Virus record (IMG/VR): IMGVR_UViG_3300031963_000020
Coordinates: 1 to 64,000 of that record
Length of the DNA stretch: 64,000 nucleotides
From: a virus
Strand: one strand, 5' to 3'
How positions within the stretch are numbered: position 1 is the stretch's first letter; each line of letters begins with the position of its first letter. The position numbers were made by a program, and so were the translations under genes. The notes under the pieces were generated by a model. That model searched no databases. It worked only from the letters and a program-made list of their open reading frames with translations, and was not told the DNA's origin. Below, in pieces: positions 33,593 to 43,384 of this stretch.

Positions 33593-36499
33593 ATGACATT
33601 TTTACAAGACCTCAGAAGTGCAACAAGAAGTGCGCAAACAAACCCATACTTTGCGTCATATATACAAAATGCTACCAATGATGTATCGAAAATAGCATCA
33701 GTTTCTCGTGTGCCATCGGATGTACCGTTAGAAACATTGGTGGCATTATCTACATTCCGTCCAATCACTGCACCAGGAACAGTAACACAGACATCTCCGC
33801 AAAATATACAAGGTGTACAAGACGCAATACGAGCTAGATTACAAGCGTCAAATGTAAACATAACAAATTTATCAAACTTTGTACCATCTATTGCAGGAAA
33901 TGCAATACAAACACGGGGTAATCCAACAGCAAATGACAGAAGAGTAAATGGTGTTCTTCGTGGATTGAATGCAAGACAACGAGTACTGGCTGGACTAGAC
34001 CCAAAAACTAGAAAACTAGTTGAAGATTTGCAAGATTTAAAGAGATTACGAGAACTACAAGCAAAACTTGAAGCACTCGCAGCTAGACTGGAACAAGAAA
34101 TTATAAAATACACAGGTATATTTAATGCAATCGTGAACGGACCAGATGCAATTGCATCTGCATTTTTGACTAGTGTAATTAATAAAATAGAATTGTTAGA
34201 ACGTTCATACACTTCTGCAAAGAACTTGATATTATTGGTCAAGAAAACAATAGAAAACACAGTAAGAGCGATAACAAAAGCTTTATTCAAAGATATTCCA
34301 CAAAGTATAGCTAGAATTAGAACTGGATTTGACGCATTAACAAAAATATTGAAGCTACCTGAAATATCTTTACGATTACGGTTCCCAAAACGTCCTAAGT
34401 TCCCACGGATGAATTGGACGATTGGGGATTTCTATCAAAAGTATAGAAAAGCCTTTGAAACTCTAAAACAAAAAAACAGTCAATTCTATCAAAAAGCTTT
34501 AGACACAGCTATACAGCAATCTGGTGTAGAAATTATTGACCCAAACAAAGATAAAATTCAACAAGGATTAACCAAAGCAAGAAATGCTCTTAAAGAAGCA
34601 CGAGCACAATTACAAGCAAGACAAGCTGTACGTAATGAAGCAATTAACAGAGCAAGAACACAACTTATTGATAATATTAGAAAGACAACTCAGGTCACAG
34701 AACGTGAACGTGAACGTATTGCACGTGGTGATACTGGATTACAAAGAAACGCAAAGAATGCAATTGCTAGAGCACAAGCTAGATTGGCAGATATCGCGGG
34801 TAGAAGATTATATCTTACACCAGAAGAACAACGTATTATACAACCATCTAGTAGAGTTGCTGGTAGTACAACAAATGCATTTGGAGATTTGTCATATTCT
34901 GTAAACGATCGTATTGTTGTAACTCCTGATGGTAGAACTGTATATAAGGATAGACGAACAGATAAATTGTATGTAATACAATCACCACAAGACCGTGTTC
35001 GTGAGTTAACGGCCACCTCAGTAAATCGCTTGCAAGCAAATGCTCAAGAATTTACCGCAGGTATAGGTACTATCAATACGGCAATAGCGACAGCAGCAGA
35101 AGTTCAAGCTACGATGAATAGTAAAGTATTAAAAGCAGAATTTGGTATTAATTTATTACAAGAAGCGCAAAATGTAAATAATATAACACGAGAAGCCAGA
35201 CAAAGTACAAATGAAGTTACTCAACAGCAAAATCCTGTATTAGCTGACGAATTTACAATAGATGCAGAAACACGAACAGTAACAACCATTACACGAAGAT
35301 TATCTGCATCAGAAGCTACTAACCAAGCAACTGCTTATAATAGAAGAACTGCTGAATTTAATGGATATACAACACCGTTAACTATCAGACCAAGTGGACC
35401 AAAACTATTGAATGTAAGTGGTCAAAACGTGTATGAATTAGTATTGGCAATAACATATAAAAATTTTAATAACTTAAATCAAGCTAGACTTGAACAATTA
35501 GGACAACAGCAGTCGGCTGTAGCATTCGATAGGAGTACGGCTACTGTGGGAACTCCGATAACCTCAGTTCCAGCATCAGCACCAATTTCAGTTTCACCAC
35601 AAGTAGAAGTACCAACTTCACAATTTGTTGCGGCTAGTGCAACTCCAAGAACATCCACTCCTGCACCTACACCACCAATTGCAACACCAGGATTTGATAT
35701 AGACCAATCACAATCAATATTTGGAACACCACGTAAGTTGTCCGTGTTTGAAATAGAAGCATTAAATAATAGATTAGCTAGTCCGCTTATCTCCGATGAA
35801 GAAAAAGTAAGAATACGACAAATACTAGGAGTTGCAAACCAACTTCCAACGGATTTGCAACTACCAAAAGATGCTGAATTAGAATTTTCACAAGAGGTTA
35901 CTAGACCAAACTTAAATGTAAACCTTAGTGGTAACACTGCAACACTATCATTTAATGCAAGATCAAATAGCGATCCAAGAGTAAATGTAGAATATAGTTT
36001 AGATAATGGAAATACGTGGACTGCAGCAAACCCACCAAGAGTTTCAGGTGACATTGTAATACCTAATCTAGATACTGGTATTTACGCTGCTAGAATTCGT
36101 GGTATACGAGCAGACGGGACAACCAGTATTTCTTCTCAACCAAAACCAATCGTAATCAATATAAGTAAACCTGTTATATTTGCGATAAGACCACGTACAT
36201 CTACTAGTGCAAAAATATTATTTGATGATACAGTATCTACAGTACAGATACAAGTGTATCAAGTCAAAGCAACAACTGGAAACCAGCCTAGTGCATGGTA
36301 CGATGCACTTCCTGACGATGGGCAAAGTGATCGTAAAGCTATAAGATCTCCTATAGTGGTATATGGTTTGGAAACAGATAAACCATATACAATTGCAATA
36401 CGAGCTAGATACGCAGACGGTACATTTGGAAACCCATCGAATGCAATAACGTATACACCATTTAAAATGGCATCTGAAGGTGGTGGAGTTATTGCCTAA
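33593..36499 (+). CDS. large virion-associated protein, helical N-half and two FN3-like domains
   Basis: EYSLDNG.TW, L..G.Y..RIR, GL....Y.IAIRA...G..SN motifs. Confidence 0.6.
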   Translation: MTFLQDLRSATRSAQTNPYFASYIQNATNDVSKIASVSRVPSDVPLETLVALSTFRPITAPGTVTQTSPQNIQGVQDAIRARLQASNVNITNLSNFVPSIAGNAIQTRGNPTANDRRVNGVLRGLNARQRVLAGLDPKTRKLVEDLQDLKRLRELQAKLEALAARLEQEIIKYTGIFNAIVNGPDAIASAFLTSVINKIELLERSYTSAKNLILLVKKTIENTVRAITKALFKDIPQSIARIRTGFDALTKILKLPEISLRLRFPKRPKFPRMNWTIGDFYQKYRKAFETLKQKNSQFYQKALDTAIQQSGVEIIDPNKDKIQQGLTKARNALKEARAQLQARQAVRNEAINRARTQLIDNIRKTTQVTERERERIARGDTGLQRNAKNAIARAQARLADIAGRRLYLTPEEQRIIQPSSRVAGSTTNAFGDLSYSVNDRIVVTPDGRTVYKDRRTDKLYVIQSPQDRVRELTATSVNRLQANAQEFTAGIGTINTAIATAAEVQATMNSKVLKAEFGINLLQEAQNVNNITREARQSTNEVTQQQNPVLADEFTIDAETRTVTTITRRLSASEATNQATAYNRRTAEFNGYTTPLTIRPSGPKLLNVSGQNVYELVLAITYKNFNNLNQARLEQLGQQQSAVAFDRSTATVGTPITSVPASAPISVSPQVEVPTSQFVAASATPRTSTPAPTPPIATPGFDIDQSQSIFGTPRKLSVFEIEALNNRLASPLISDEEKVRIRQILGVANQLPTDLQLPKDAELEFSQEVTRPNLNVNLSGNTATLSFNARSNSDPRVNVEYSLDNGNTWTAANPPRVSGDIVIPNLDTGIYAARIRGIRADGTTSISSQPKPIVINISKPVIFAIRPRTSTSAKILFDDTVSTVQIQVYQVKATTGNQPSAWYDALPDDGQSDRKAIRSPIVVYGLETDKPYTIAIRARYADGTFGNPSNAITYTPFKMASEGGGVIA

Positions 36500-36582
36500 A
36501 AACGGTCTAAATCGTTCTAAATCATATATTTTTGATATTTAAATAGAGGGGCTAAATCGGTTATTTTTATCAGGAGAGACAA

Positions 36583-36930
36583 ATGGACAAAACATTACTA
36601 AAAGCATACATCAGAACAATAGTCGAAGAAGAAGTCAATAGAATTCTTCCTGACATTTTGGGTGAAGCTGTGGCACAAATCAAGGGTACACAACAAGTTA
36701 ACGAAACTGTTGCGCCCCCAAGTAAGCCAAAGTTTGACCGTTCAAAGTTGGCTGCGATGATGGGATTGGAACGTCACGGTGACACCATTTCGGCAACAAC
36801 CAGTAATATAAGATTACCAGAAAATATTCCACAGGGTTTAGACTTAAACAACCCATCAGTGCAACCAGCGGTAGAGGCCATTACCAAAGACTACAGCGCT
36901 TTGATGAAAAAGATGGGATTGAGTAAGTAG
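36583..36930 (+). CDS. hypothetical protein
   Basis: SD AGGAG; C-terminal TKDYSALMKKM. Confidence 0.7.
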   Translation: MDKTLLKAYIRTIVEEEVNRILPDILGEAVAQIKGTQQVNETVAPPSKPKFDRSKLAAMMGLERHGDTISATTSNIRLPENIPQGLDLNNPSVQPAVEAITKDYSALMKKMGLSK

Positions 36931-36931
36931 T

Positions 36932-37447
36932 ATGGCAAAAACCGTCTATCTAGGACAAACACTTCCGTTACAAAGAACCAATCGTGGATATTTTCAATCT
37001 ACTACGGACCCTTTAGAAAATGAAAAGTCAAAGTTTATTAACCTAATTTTGACAAAAAAAGGTGAACGTGTATCCAATCCAACGTTTGGGTGTGACCTGT
37101 GGAGATTATTGTTTGAGCAAAAAAACGGTGACACGCAAGATTTAGCAAAACAATATGTTCTAGATGCGGTAAATAGATTTATGCCATACCTAGTACTCCA
37201 AGAAATTCAAGTCACAAACACAGAAACTTTTTTAAATGACAATTATATTATATTGTACGTCAGATATGGATTTACTAACAACCCATTGGCATCCGATTCG
37301 GTAGAACTAACACTTGGAACTAGTGTTTCTGGTCAATTAGTTACTTCTGGTAGAACTGTGAGTTCTAATATTTTTGACACACAAACCGACCCAAACGTTT
37401 TAAGTTCTTTGGGAAGAAGAACTACCTCAAACGGGCAAACTATTTAA
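36932..37447 (+). CDS. baseplate wedge protein (gp25/GPW family)
   Basis: NLILTKKGER...P.FGC.L..LLFE. Confidence 0.88.
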   Translation: MAKTVYLGQTLPLQRTNRGYFQSTTDPLENEKSKFINLILTKKGERVSNPTFGCDLWRLLFEQKNGDTQDLAKQYVLDAVNRFMPYLVLQEIQVTNTETFLNDNYIILYVRYGFTNNPLASDSVELTLGTSVSGQLVTSGRTVSSNIFDTQTDPNVLSSLGRRTTSNGQTI

Positions 37448-37461
37448 TTTTGAGATAGAAA

Positions 37462-39384
37462 ATGGCTACAACCAACCACGTATTAAATAAACTATCAGTA
37501 GCACCCAAAGAGGTAAGTTACCTCAACAAGTCATTTACTGACTTTAAGGGTGATCTAATTACGTTTGTAAAAAATTATTATCCTACAACGTGGACAGATT
37601 TTAACGAAGCCAATCCAGGCATGATTATGTTGGAATTGGCAGCATATGTTGGTGATGTGTTATCGTTTTATGTGGATAATTCATTTAAAGAAAATTTATT
37701 AGCATACGCTGAAGAAGAAGGAAACGTAATTACAATAGCACAAGCTTTAGGATATAAACCAAAAACAATAGTACCGGCTACAGCAGAAGTTTTAATTTCT
37801 CAAGTAGTACCAGCATTAGGTGCATCGGAAGGTTATATTCCTGACGCAACATATTTTTTAAAAATAGATAGGAATTCAACAGTTTTCACGCAGGCACCAA
37901 ATGTTGTGTCATTTAGAACAACAGAACTTGTGGATTTTGCAGATCCTACAGGCAGGTCTATAATTCCTAGACAATTAGATTCTACAACATTATTACCAGT
38001 AACGTATCTAGTAACTAAAAAAGTTAAAGTTATTGCGGGTGATGTTCGTCAAGAAACATTTACGTTTGGTGATCCAGAAAAATTTTCTGCAATTACCATA
38101 GGTGATGTTAATGTAACAGCTATTAGTGATGTAGTTGATGCAGACGGATATAAATTTTATGAAGTAGATTATTTAGCACAAGATACAATAATTGATGACA
38201 AAGAAGTAAGCTATGTTTCAAGTGTTAGTGAATCGGTAGCACCTACATACGCTATAAAATACAGAACAGTTCCACGTAGATTTGTCACACGACTAACACC
38301 AGATAAAAGAACACAGGTAATATTTGGTTCTGGTCGAGGAAACGCATCAGAAGATATCGTATATCTAGATTCACAACAGGTAGCAAATAGTGAATACGGT
38401 ACACAATTAGCAAGTGTTTCACTTAGTAATACAGATTTGTTGAACACAGATAACTTTGGTATAGCACCAGCAAATACAACACTTACGGTTACATATTTTT
38501 CTGGTGGTGGAGTAGCAAGTAATGTTGCATCAGGAACAATAGTAAACGTTGGTGAATTAAATATTTTAAATAGAACAACAGAATTCAATCAAACCGAAAC
38601 TGATTTATTTAATGACATAGTAAAAACGGTAACAGTATATAATGAAATGCCAGCAACAGGTGGTCAAGATGGTGAAACTGTTGAAGAAATTCGTCAACGA
38701 GCACTCGCAATATACAGTTCACAAAATCGTGTAGTTACCAGAAGAGATTACGAAGCACGTGTGTTATCTATGCCTTCAAAATACGGAGCAGTAGCAAAAG
38801 TACTAGCAGTCACAGATGCCTCACAGACAACTATACAATCGCAGCAAACATCAACACAACAAGAAATAAATACTCCAAAACCAAACGCAATTAATCTTTA
38901 TGTGCTTGGATATAATCAAAATAAAAAGATTACAACCTTAAACAGTTTGGTAAAGTCAAATTTACAACAATATCTATCGCAATATAGAATGTTAACGGAC
39001 CAAGTAAACATTCTTGACGCATTTATTGTTAACATTGGTGTAAATTTTGATATAACTGTATATAAAAACTATAATATACAAGATGTATTAGCAGTGTGTT
39101 TGGGTGCAATTAAAGAGTATTTCGATAGTACCAAATGGAACATCAATCAACCAATTAGACTAGGTGATTTAGCACTATTAATACAAGCACAAGATGGAGT
39201 GCAGAGTGTAAATTTTGTAGAAATAGTAAATAAGTATTTCTTTAAAGATGGTAGAGATTATCAACCATATCGTTATGACATCACAGACGCGACCGTTGAT
39301 GGAATAGTATATCCATCACTTGACCCATGCATCTTTGAAGTTAGATACCCAGAAGATGATATCGTAGGAAGTGCAAGACAATGA
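37462..39384 (+). CDS. baseplate wedge protein (T4 gp6/gpJ-like)
   Basis: WTDFNE..PG...LEL.AYVGDVLSFY.D, FG.G, GG.D.E..EEIR, RVVT..DY. Confidence 0.88.
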   Translation: MATTNHVLNKLSVAPKEVSYLNKSFTDFKGDLITFVKNYYPTTWTDFNEANPGMIMLELAAYVGDVLSFYVDNSFKENLLAYAEEEGNVITIAQALGYKPKTIVPATAEVLISQVVPALGASEGYIPDATYFLKIDRNSTVFTQAPNVVSFRTTELVDFADPTGRSIIPRQLDSTTLLPVTYLVTKKVKVIAGDVRQETFTFGDPEKFSAITIGDVNVTAISDVVDADGYKFYEVDYLAQDTIIDDKEVSYVSSVSESVAPTYAIKYRTVPRRFVTRLTPDKRTQVIFGSGRGNASEDIVYLDSQQVANSEYGTQLASVSLSNTDLLNTDNFGIAPANTTLTVTYFSGGGVASNVASGTIVNVGELNILNRTTEFNQTETDLFNDIVKTVTVYNEMPATGGQDGETVEEIRQRALAIYSSQNRVVTRRDYEARVLSMPSKYGAVAKVLAVTDASQTTIQSQQTSTQQEINTPKPNAINLYVLGYNQNKKITTLNSLVKSNLQQYLSQYRMLTDQVNILDAFIVNIGVNFDITVYKNYNIQDVLAVCLGAIKEYFDSTKWNINQPIRLGDLALLIQAQDGVQSVNFVEIVNKYFFKDGRDYQPYRYDITDATVDGIVYPSLDPCIFEVRYPEDDIVGSARQ

Positions 39385-40418
39385 GATTAATATTAACCGC
39401 ATCCGCAGATACCACTATCTATAAAAGATATCCACTAAACAACGCTGGACTGGATGAAATTATAGAGGTAGGTAAAGTAGCAAAACCAGAAGATTTAGAT
39501 ATAGCATATAGCGCCAGTGCCGCACGTACATTGGTAAATTTTGCATTACCAACAAGTGGATCAATTCCAGATACGGCATCATTTTATCTTAACTTGAAGA
39601 TTGCAAATGCAGAAAAAATGCCATATTCGCAACAACTAGAAATATACGAAATTTCTGGTTCGTGGATAGAAGGTAGTGGATACTTCGTTCAACAAAATGT
39701 AAATCCTCGTGATGGTGCAACGTGGAGTGGTAGTAATGCATCAGCGGGTGTGTCGTGGAGTATTTTGGGTGGTGATTATTACGCATCACCATCAACCAGT
39801 GTTATATTAAATGAATATCCAATGCAAGATTTACGTGTTGATGTATCGAACATAATGCAAGACGTGTTGGTTAATAATAGAGATTTTAAAGGATTTATAG
39901 TTAAATTTTCATCTGCATCAGAAGCAGATTACGTAAATGAAGGAAATATCAAATTCTTCTCAAAACAAACACACACCATCCACGCACCAGTTTTGGAAGC
40001 TGCGTGGGACACATCAACATTTTCAACTGGTTCGTTAAAAGTAATACCAAATACAACAGATATCGAAGTTGTTCCCAAGAATGCAAAAGAAACGTATATT
40101 CGTAATACAAAAGAAAAAATTCGTTTTGTAGTACGTGATAAGTATCCACGTAAAAATTTTGATTCAACATTACGATACACGAGTAGATATTATTTACCAA
40201 CATCGTCATACTTTAGTGTAGTTGATAGACAAGCAGGTACAACAATATATCCAGCAGATAGTTTTGCAAAGTTGAGTTGTGATGCAACTGGGTCATATTT
40301 TGTATTGGATACATCACCACTTTACAAAAACAGATACTACGCTGTAAATTTAGAAATAAATAACGGAAGTGAGGATACCACCACCATTCCAGAAATATTT
40401 ACTTTCTTGGTGAAGTAA
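39381..40418 (+). CDS. virion structural protein (DNRLRE-like beta domain)
   Basis: AD.TI, W.EG, GATW, W...GGD, P.L..AW pattern; module context. Confidence 0.55.
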   Translation: MRLILTASADTTIYKRYPLNNAGLDEIIEVGKVAKPEDLDIAYSASAARTLVNFALPTSGSIPDTASFYLNLKIANAEKMPYSQQLEIYEISGSWIEGSGYFVQQNVNPRDGATWSGSNASAGVSWSILGGDYYASPSTSVILNEYPMQDLRVDVSNIMQDVLVNNRDFKGFIVKFSSASEADYVNEGNIKFFSKQTHTIHAPVLEAAWDTSTFSTGSLKVIPNTTDIEVVPKNAKETYIRNTKEKIRFVVRDKYPRKNFDSTLRYTSRYYLPTSSYFSVVDRQAGTTIYPADSFAKLSCDATGSYFVLDTSPLYKNRYYAVNLEINNGSEDTTTIPEIFTFLVK

Positions 40419-41143
40419 TGTCGTTCGATGATTTGATTAAAACGTTTAAGGTGCAACCAGACTTGAATAGAGAGTTCTGGACATCTAATAACAAGCTTAA
40501 TCCAACTATTCGTGCAGCGTTGATGAAGATTGCAAAGGAGTTCTACGATAGTATTGACCTCGAAAATAAACCAAAGGTCAAAGACATTGTATTTACTGGT
40601 AGTTTAGCAAACTATAACTACTCACAATACTCCGATGTTGACCTTCATTTGTTATTTGATTTTGGTAAAGACAAGGAAATATTATCACAATTTTTCTTGT
40701 TAGCAAAGTCAAAATGGAATGATAAGCACGACATCACAATCAAGGGATATGATGTCGAAGTTTATGCAGAAGATGCAAGCTCACCTCACGTTGCAACGGG
40801 TTTGTATAGTGTATTGAAAAACAAATGGATTAAGGAACCAAAAAAAGAAACACCAGTATACGATGAACAAGACGTAATGACTAAGGTAAAACACATAGTT
40901 GGTATATTTGACCAACTAGTGAATCAATATAAGTCTGGTCAACTTACTGGATTAGATAAAAAAATTGAAAAATTTAGAGACAAGTTGGGTAAGTTTAGAC
41001 AATCTGGATTAGATACAGGTGGAGAATTCTCGACAGAAAATCTCACATTTAAGTTATTACGTCGAGCAGGATATATGGAAAAGTTAGCAAATCTACAAAA
41101 TATGACAACGGACAGACAACTTTCGGTCAAGGAAGTAAACTGA
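40418..41143 (+). CDS. Pol-beta-superfamily nucleotidyltransferase
   Basis: hGS...SD.D.h (TGSLANYNYSQYSDVDLH) and downstream VEVY. Confidence 0.75.
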   Translation: MSFDDLIKTFKVQPDLNREFWTSNNKLNPTIRAALMKIAKEFYDSIDLENKPKVKDIVFTGSLANYNYSQYSDVDLHLLFDFGKDKEILSQFFLLAKSKWNDKHDITIKGYDVEVYAEDASSPHVATGLYSVLKNKWIKEPKKETPVYDEQDVMTKVKHIVGIFDQLVNQYKSGQLTGLDKKIEKFRDKLGKFRQSGLDTGGEFSTENLTFKLLRRAGYMEKLANLQNMTTDRQLSVKEVN

Positions 41144-41144
41144 T

Positions 41145-42431
41145 ATGGCACAACTGATAGCAATAAACAAAACAACAGTAGAAGCAACAGATTTTACTAC
41201 AGGGTCATCAGACTTAGTATTACGTATACCACTAACGTCCGGCGAAGTTGTACAGTTTACCGCTGAAACACAATTTTTTACTCCAAGACAAATCGCAACA
41301 AGTAAATCAGATGTATTGGGATTGCCAAGTCAAAGTGTTGTAGAATACACAGCAAATAGTATTCCAGTAGTAAAATTACCATTGGGTGACGCCGAAATAC
41401 CTGCTACACAATATTATCCTATTTCCGTTGTAAGTGATGTATATATTGACGCACCAATTGATAACTTTTTTAGAGAGTTAGTGGATGATTTAGAACTACC
41501 AGAAGATCCTACACTTACTCAACTTCGTGACCAACGAGCAGCAGCAATGCAAGCAGCAATGGCACTAGAAGATTTATCCGCCGCAGCACAAGTAGCAGAC
41601 CCAGAATTGTTTGCCGAAGCTGATGATGCAATTACAGAAGGATTAGCAGAAGCAGTTCCAGCTGAACAACCAGACCCAACAGCAATCTTAACTCCGGAAG
41701 AAGCAGATGAATTAGCTGCTCTCGACCTAGTGGGTATTACGGACGCATCGGGTGTCACCGATGGTGCAGACGATATTATCGACCCAACCCCAGAAGTATT
41801 ATACGACGATTTAATCCAGAAACTTCCAAGAGTTCCTGGAAACGATAAAATTGAAGGTATTGATACAATCAACAAAGCAATTGATTTACTTAATGAAGGT
41901 ATTCAAGCAGTTGAAGAATCGACAAAAACTGGTGTTGACGAAGATGGTAAATGTAAGTTTATTACCGTTGCAAAGGGTAAAAAAGGATTCCGTGGTATTG
42001 GTAAAAAGAAAGAACGTAAGGTGTCTCGTGCAGATACAGAAGCTAAGTTAAAGTTGGTCAAAGAAGATATCGCTGCACAAGAAGCAAGCACTACAATATT
42101 AAAAAATCCACAAAGTGGTGTCAAACCACTTGTAAAAATTAGTAGATTGGCAGCATTTGGATCGGCAGTTGCAGGGTTTGCAAAAGGTGCAGGATTTCTT
42201 GGAGCGGTAGTTGGTGCGGTTGCAACAGTAGCTACAGGAGGATTGGCTGGTGGATTAATCGCAGCAGCAGGAACCACAGCAGCAGGTATTGTTGGGGGTG
42301 TAGCAACTAGTGCTGCAGGTGCTTTGGTCATTCCTCGTGGATACACATTGATGAGAAAAAATGATTATCTAAAAGTACTTAGAAAAACATCAGAACAATT
42401 AGAAAAAATATTGAATAAGGATTGTGACTAA
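41145..42431 (+). CDS. acidic protein with C-terminal Gly/Ala-rich hydrophobic hairpin
   Basis: About 60-aa GA-rich segment; structural module. Confidence 0.6.
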   Translation: MAQLIAINKTTVEATDFTTGSSDLVLRIPLTSGEVVQFTAETQFFTPRQIATSKSDVLGLPSQSVVEYTANSIPVVKLPLGDAEIPATQYYPISVVSDVYIDAPIDNFFRELVDDLELPEDPTLTQLRDQRAAAMQAAMALEDLSAAAQVADPELFAEADDAITEGLAEAVPAEQPDPTAILTPEEADELAALDLVGITDASGVTDGADDIIDPTPEVLYDDLIQKLPRVPGNDKIEGIDTINKAIDLLNEGIQAVEESTKTGVDEDGKCKFITVAKGKKGFRGIGKKKERKVSRADTEAKLKLVKEDIAAQEASTTILKNPQSGVKPLVKISRLAAFGSAVAGFAKGAGFLGAVVGAVATVATGGLAGGLIAAAGTTAAGIVGGVATSAAGALVIPRGYTLMRKNDYLKVLRKTSEQLEKILNKDCD

Positions 42432-43381
42432 TGCCCAATCAAAATAATTTCGTTCAGGTTATTCCTAATAACCCACGATCATTTCCAGTATCACGTATTG
42501 CTGAATCGGATGCCGACCAAGATATTTTGGAGGGTAGACTTCCTGGACAATTTGGGTTTGATGCAGACGATACAATTGAAATGCATTTCTATGATACAGC
42601 AAATAGTCTAGTAGGGTCGGTAGTCATACCAGTAAGTACAGGAATAATATCGGCAAAAACTATTGCACTACCAGACGGAACTACTGATGAAAAAGTTATT
42701 ATAGATATGACCAGAGTTCAACAAGAACTTGGTTTACTAGTACCTCCGGGAAACTATAATGTATCTATAAACTTTTTTTCAGATGAAATTGGATCATACA
42801 CCGACCCAAAAATGATTGTTGAAGAAGTATCACCATCAAGAACAGAATTACGATTGGGATTTACTAACAATACGGTTACAACCACAGAACAAAGTGAATT
42901 ATTTGAATTTGTCCAACAATCAGTTCCTCGGGTAATTGCAGCAGGATTAGTTGCAGATACACTTGGGGTTAATCAACAAGGTACTGGTGTAGAAATAAAT
43001 CCAGAAATAGAAACATTAATTGATACATCAAGAACTGCAATTCAGGGATTTATAGATACTGTTGTAGAACAACTTATCGCAGAAAATCCAGACATTATAG
43101 GACAACTAGCAGATTTACAACCAGATGCTCCAGAAAACTTAAATTTTACTATAGAATTTTTAGTTGGTTCTATTTATGATGAGATGGTTGCCTTGTTGTC
43201 AACAACAAAGAATTCTAAGCAATTTGATAGATTACAAGAAGATGAGATGACAGTATTATTAACGCAGGCAATAGATAATGTCCTTAAAAATACTAATTTA
43301 AATTTATATACGCAAGACACAGTACGATACGAAACTAATTTGGTTGCAGACACATTTGCAACATCATTGGCATTGGGGTAA
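42431..43381 (+). CDS. putative structural protein
   Basis: E.SPSRTELRL motif; module context. Confidence 0.6.
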   Translation: MPNQNNFVQVIPNNPRSFPVSRIAESDADQDILEGRLPGQFGFDADDTIEMHFYDTANSLVGSVVIPVSTGIISAKTIALPDGTTDEKVIIDMTRVQQELGLLVPPGNYNVSINFFSDEIGSYTDPKMIVEEVSPSRTELRLGFTNNTVTTTEQSELFEFVQQSVPRVIAAGLVADTLGVNQQGTGVEINPEIETLIDTSRTAIQGFIDTVVEQLIAENPDIIGQLADLQPDAPENLNFTIEFLVGSIYDEMVALLSTTKNSKQFDRLQEDEMTVLLTQAIDNVLKNTNLNLYTQDTVRYETNLVADTFATSLALG

Positions 43382-43384
43382 TAT

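Noticed and set aside
40418-41143. CCA-adding enzyme for the CCA-less tRNAs
   Set aside because: Lacks class II RRD/EDxxR motifs and is short; function left unassigned
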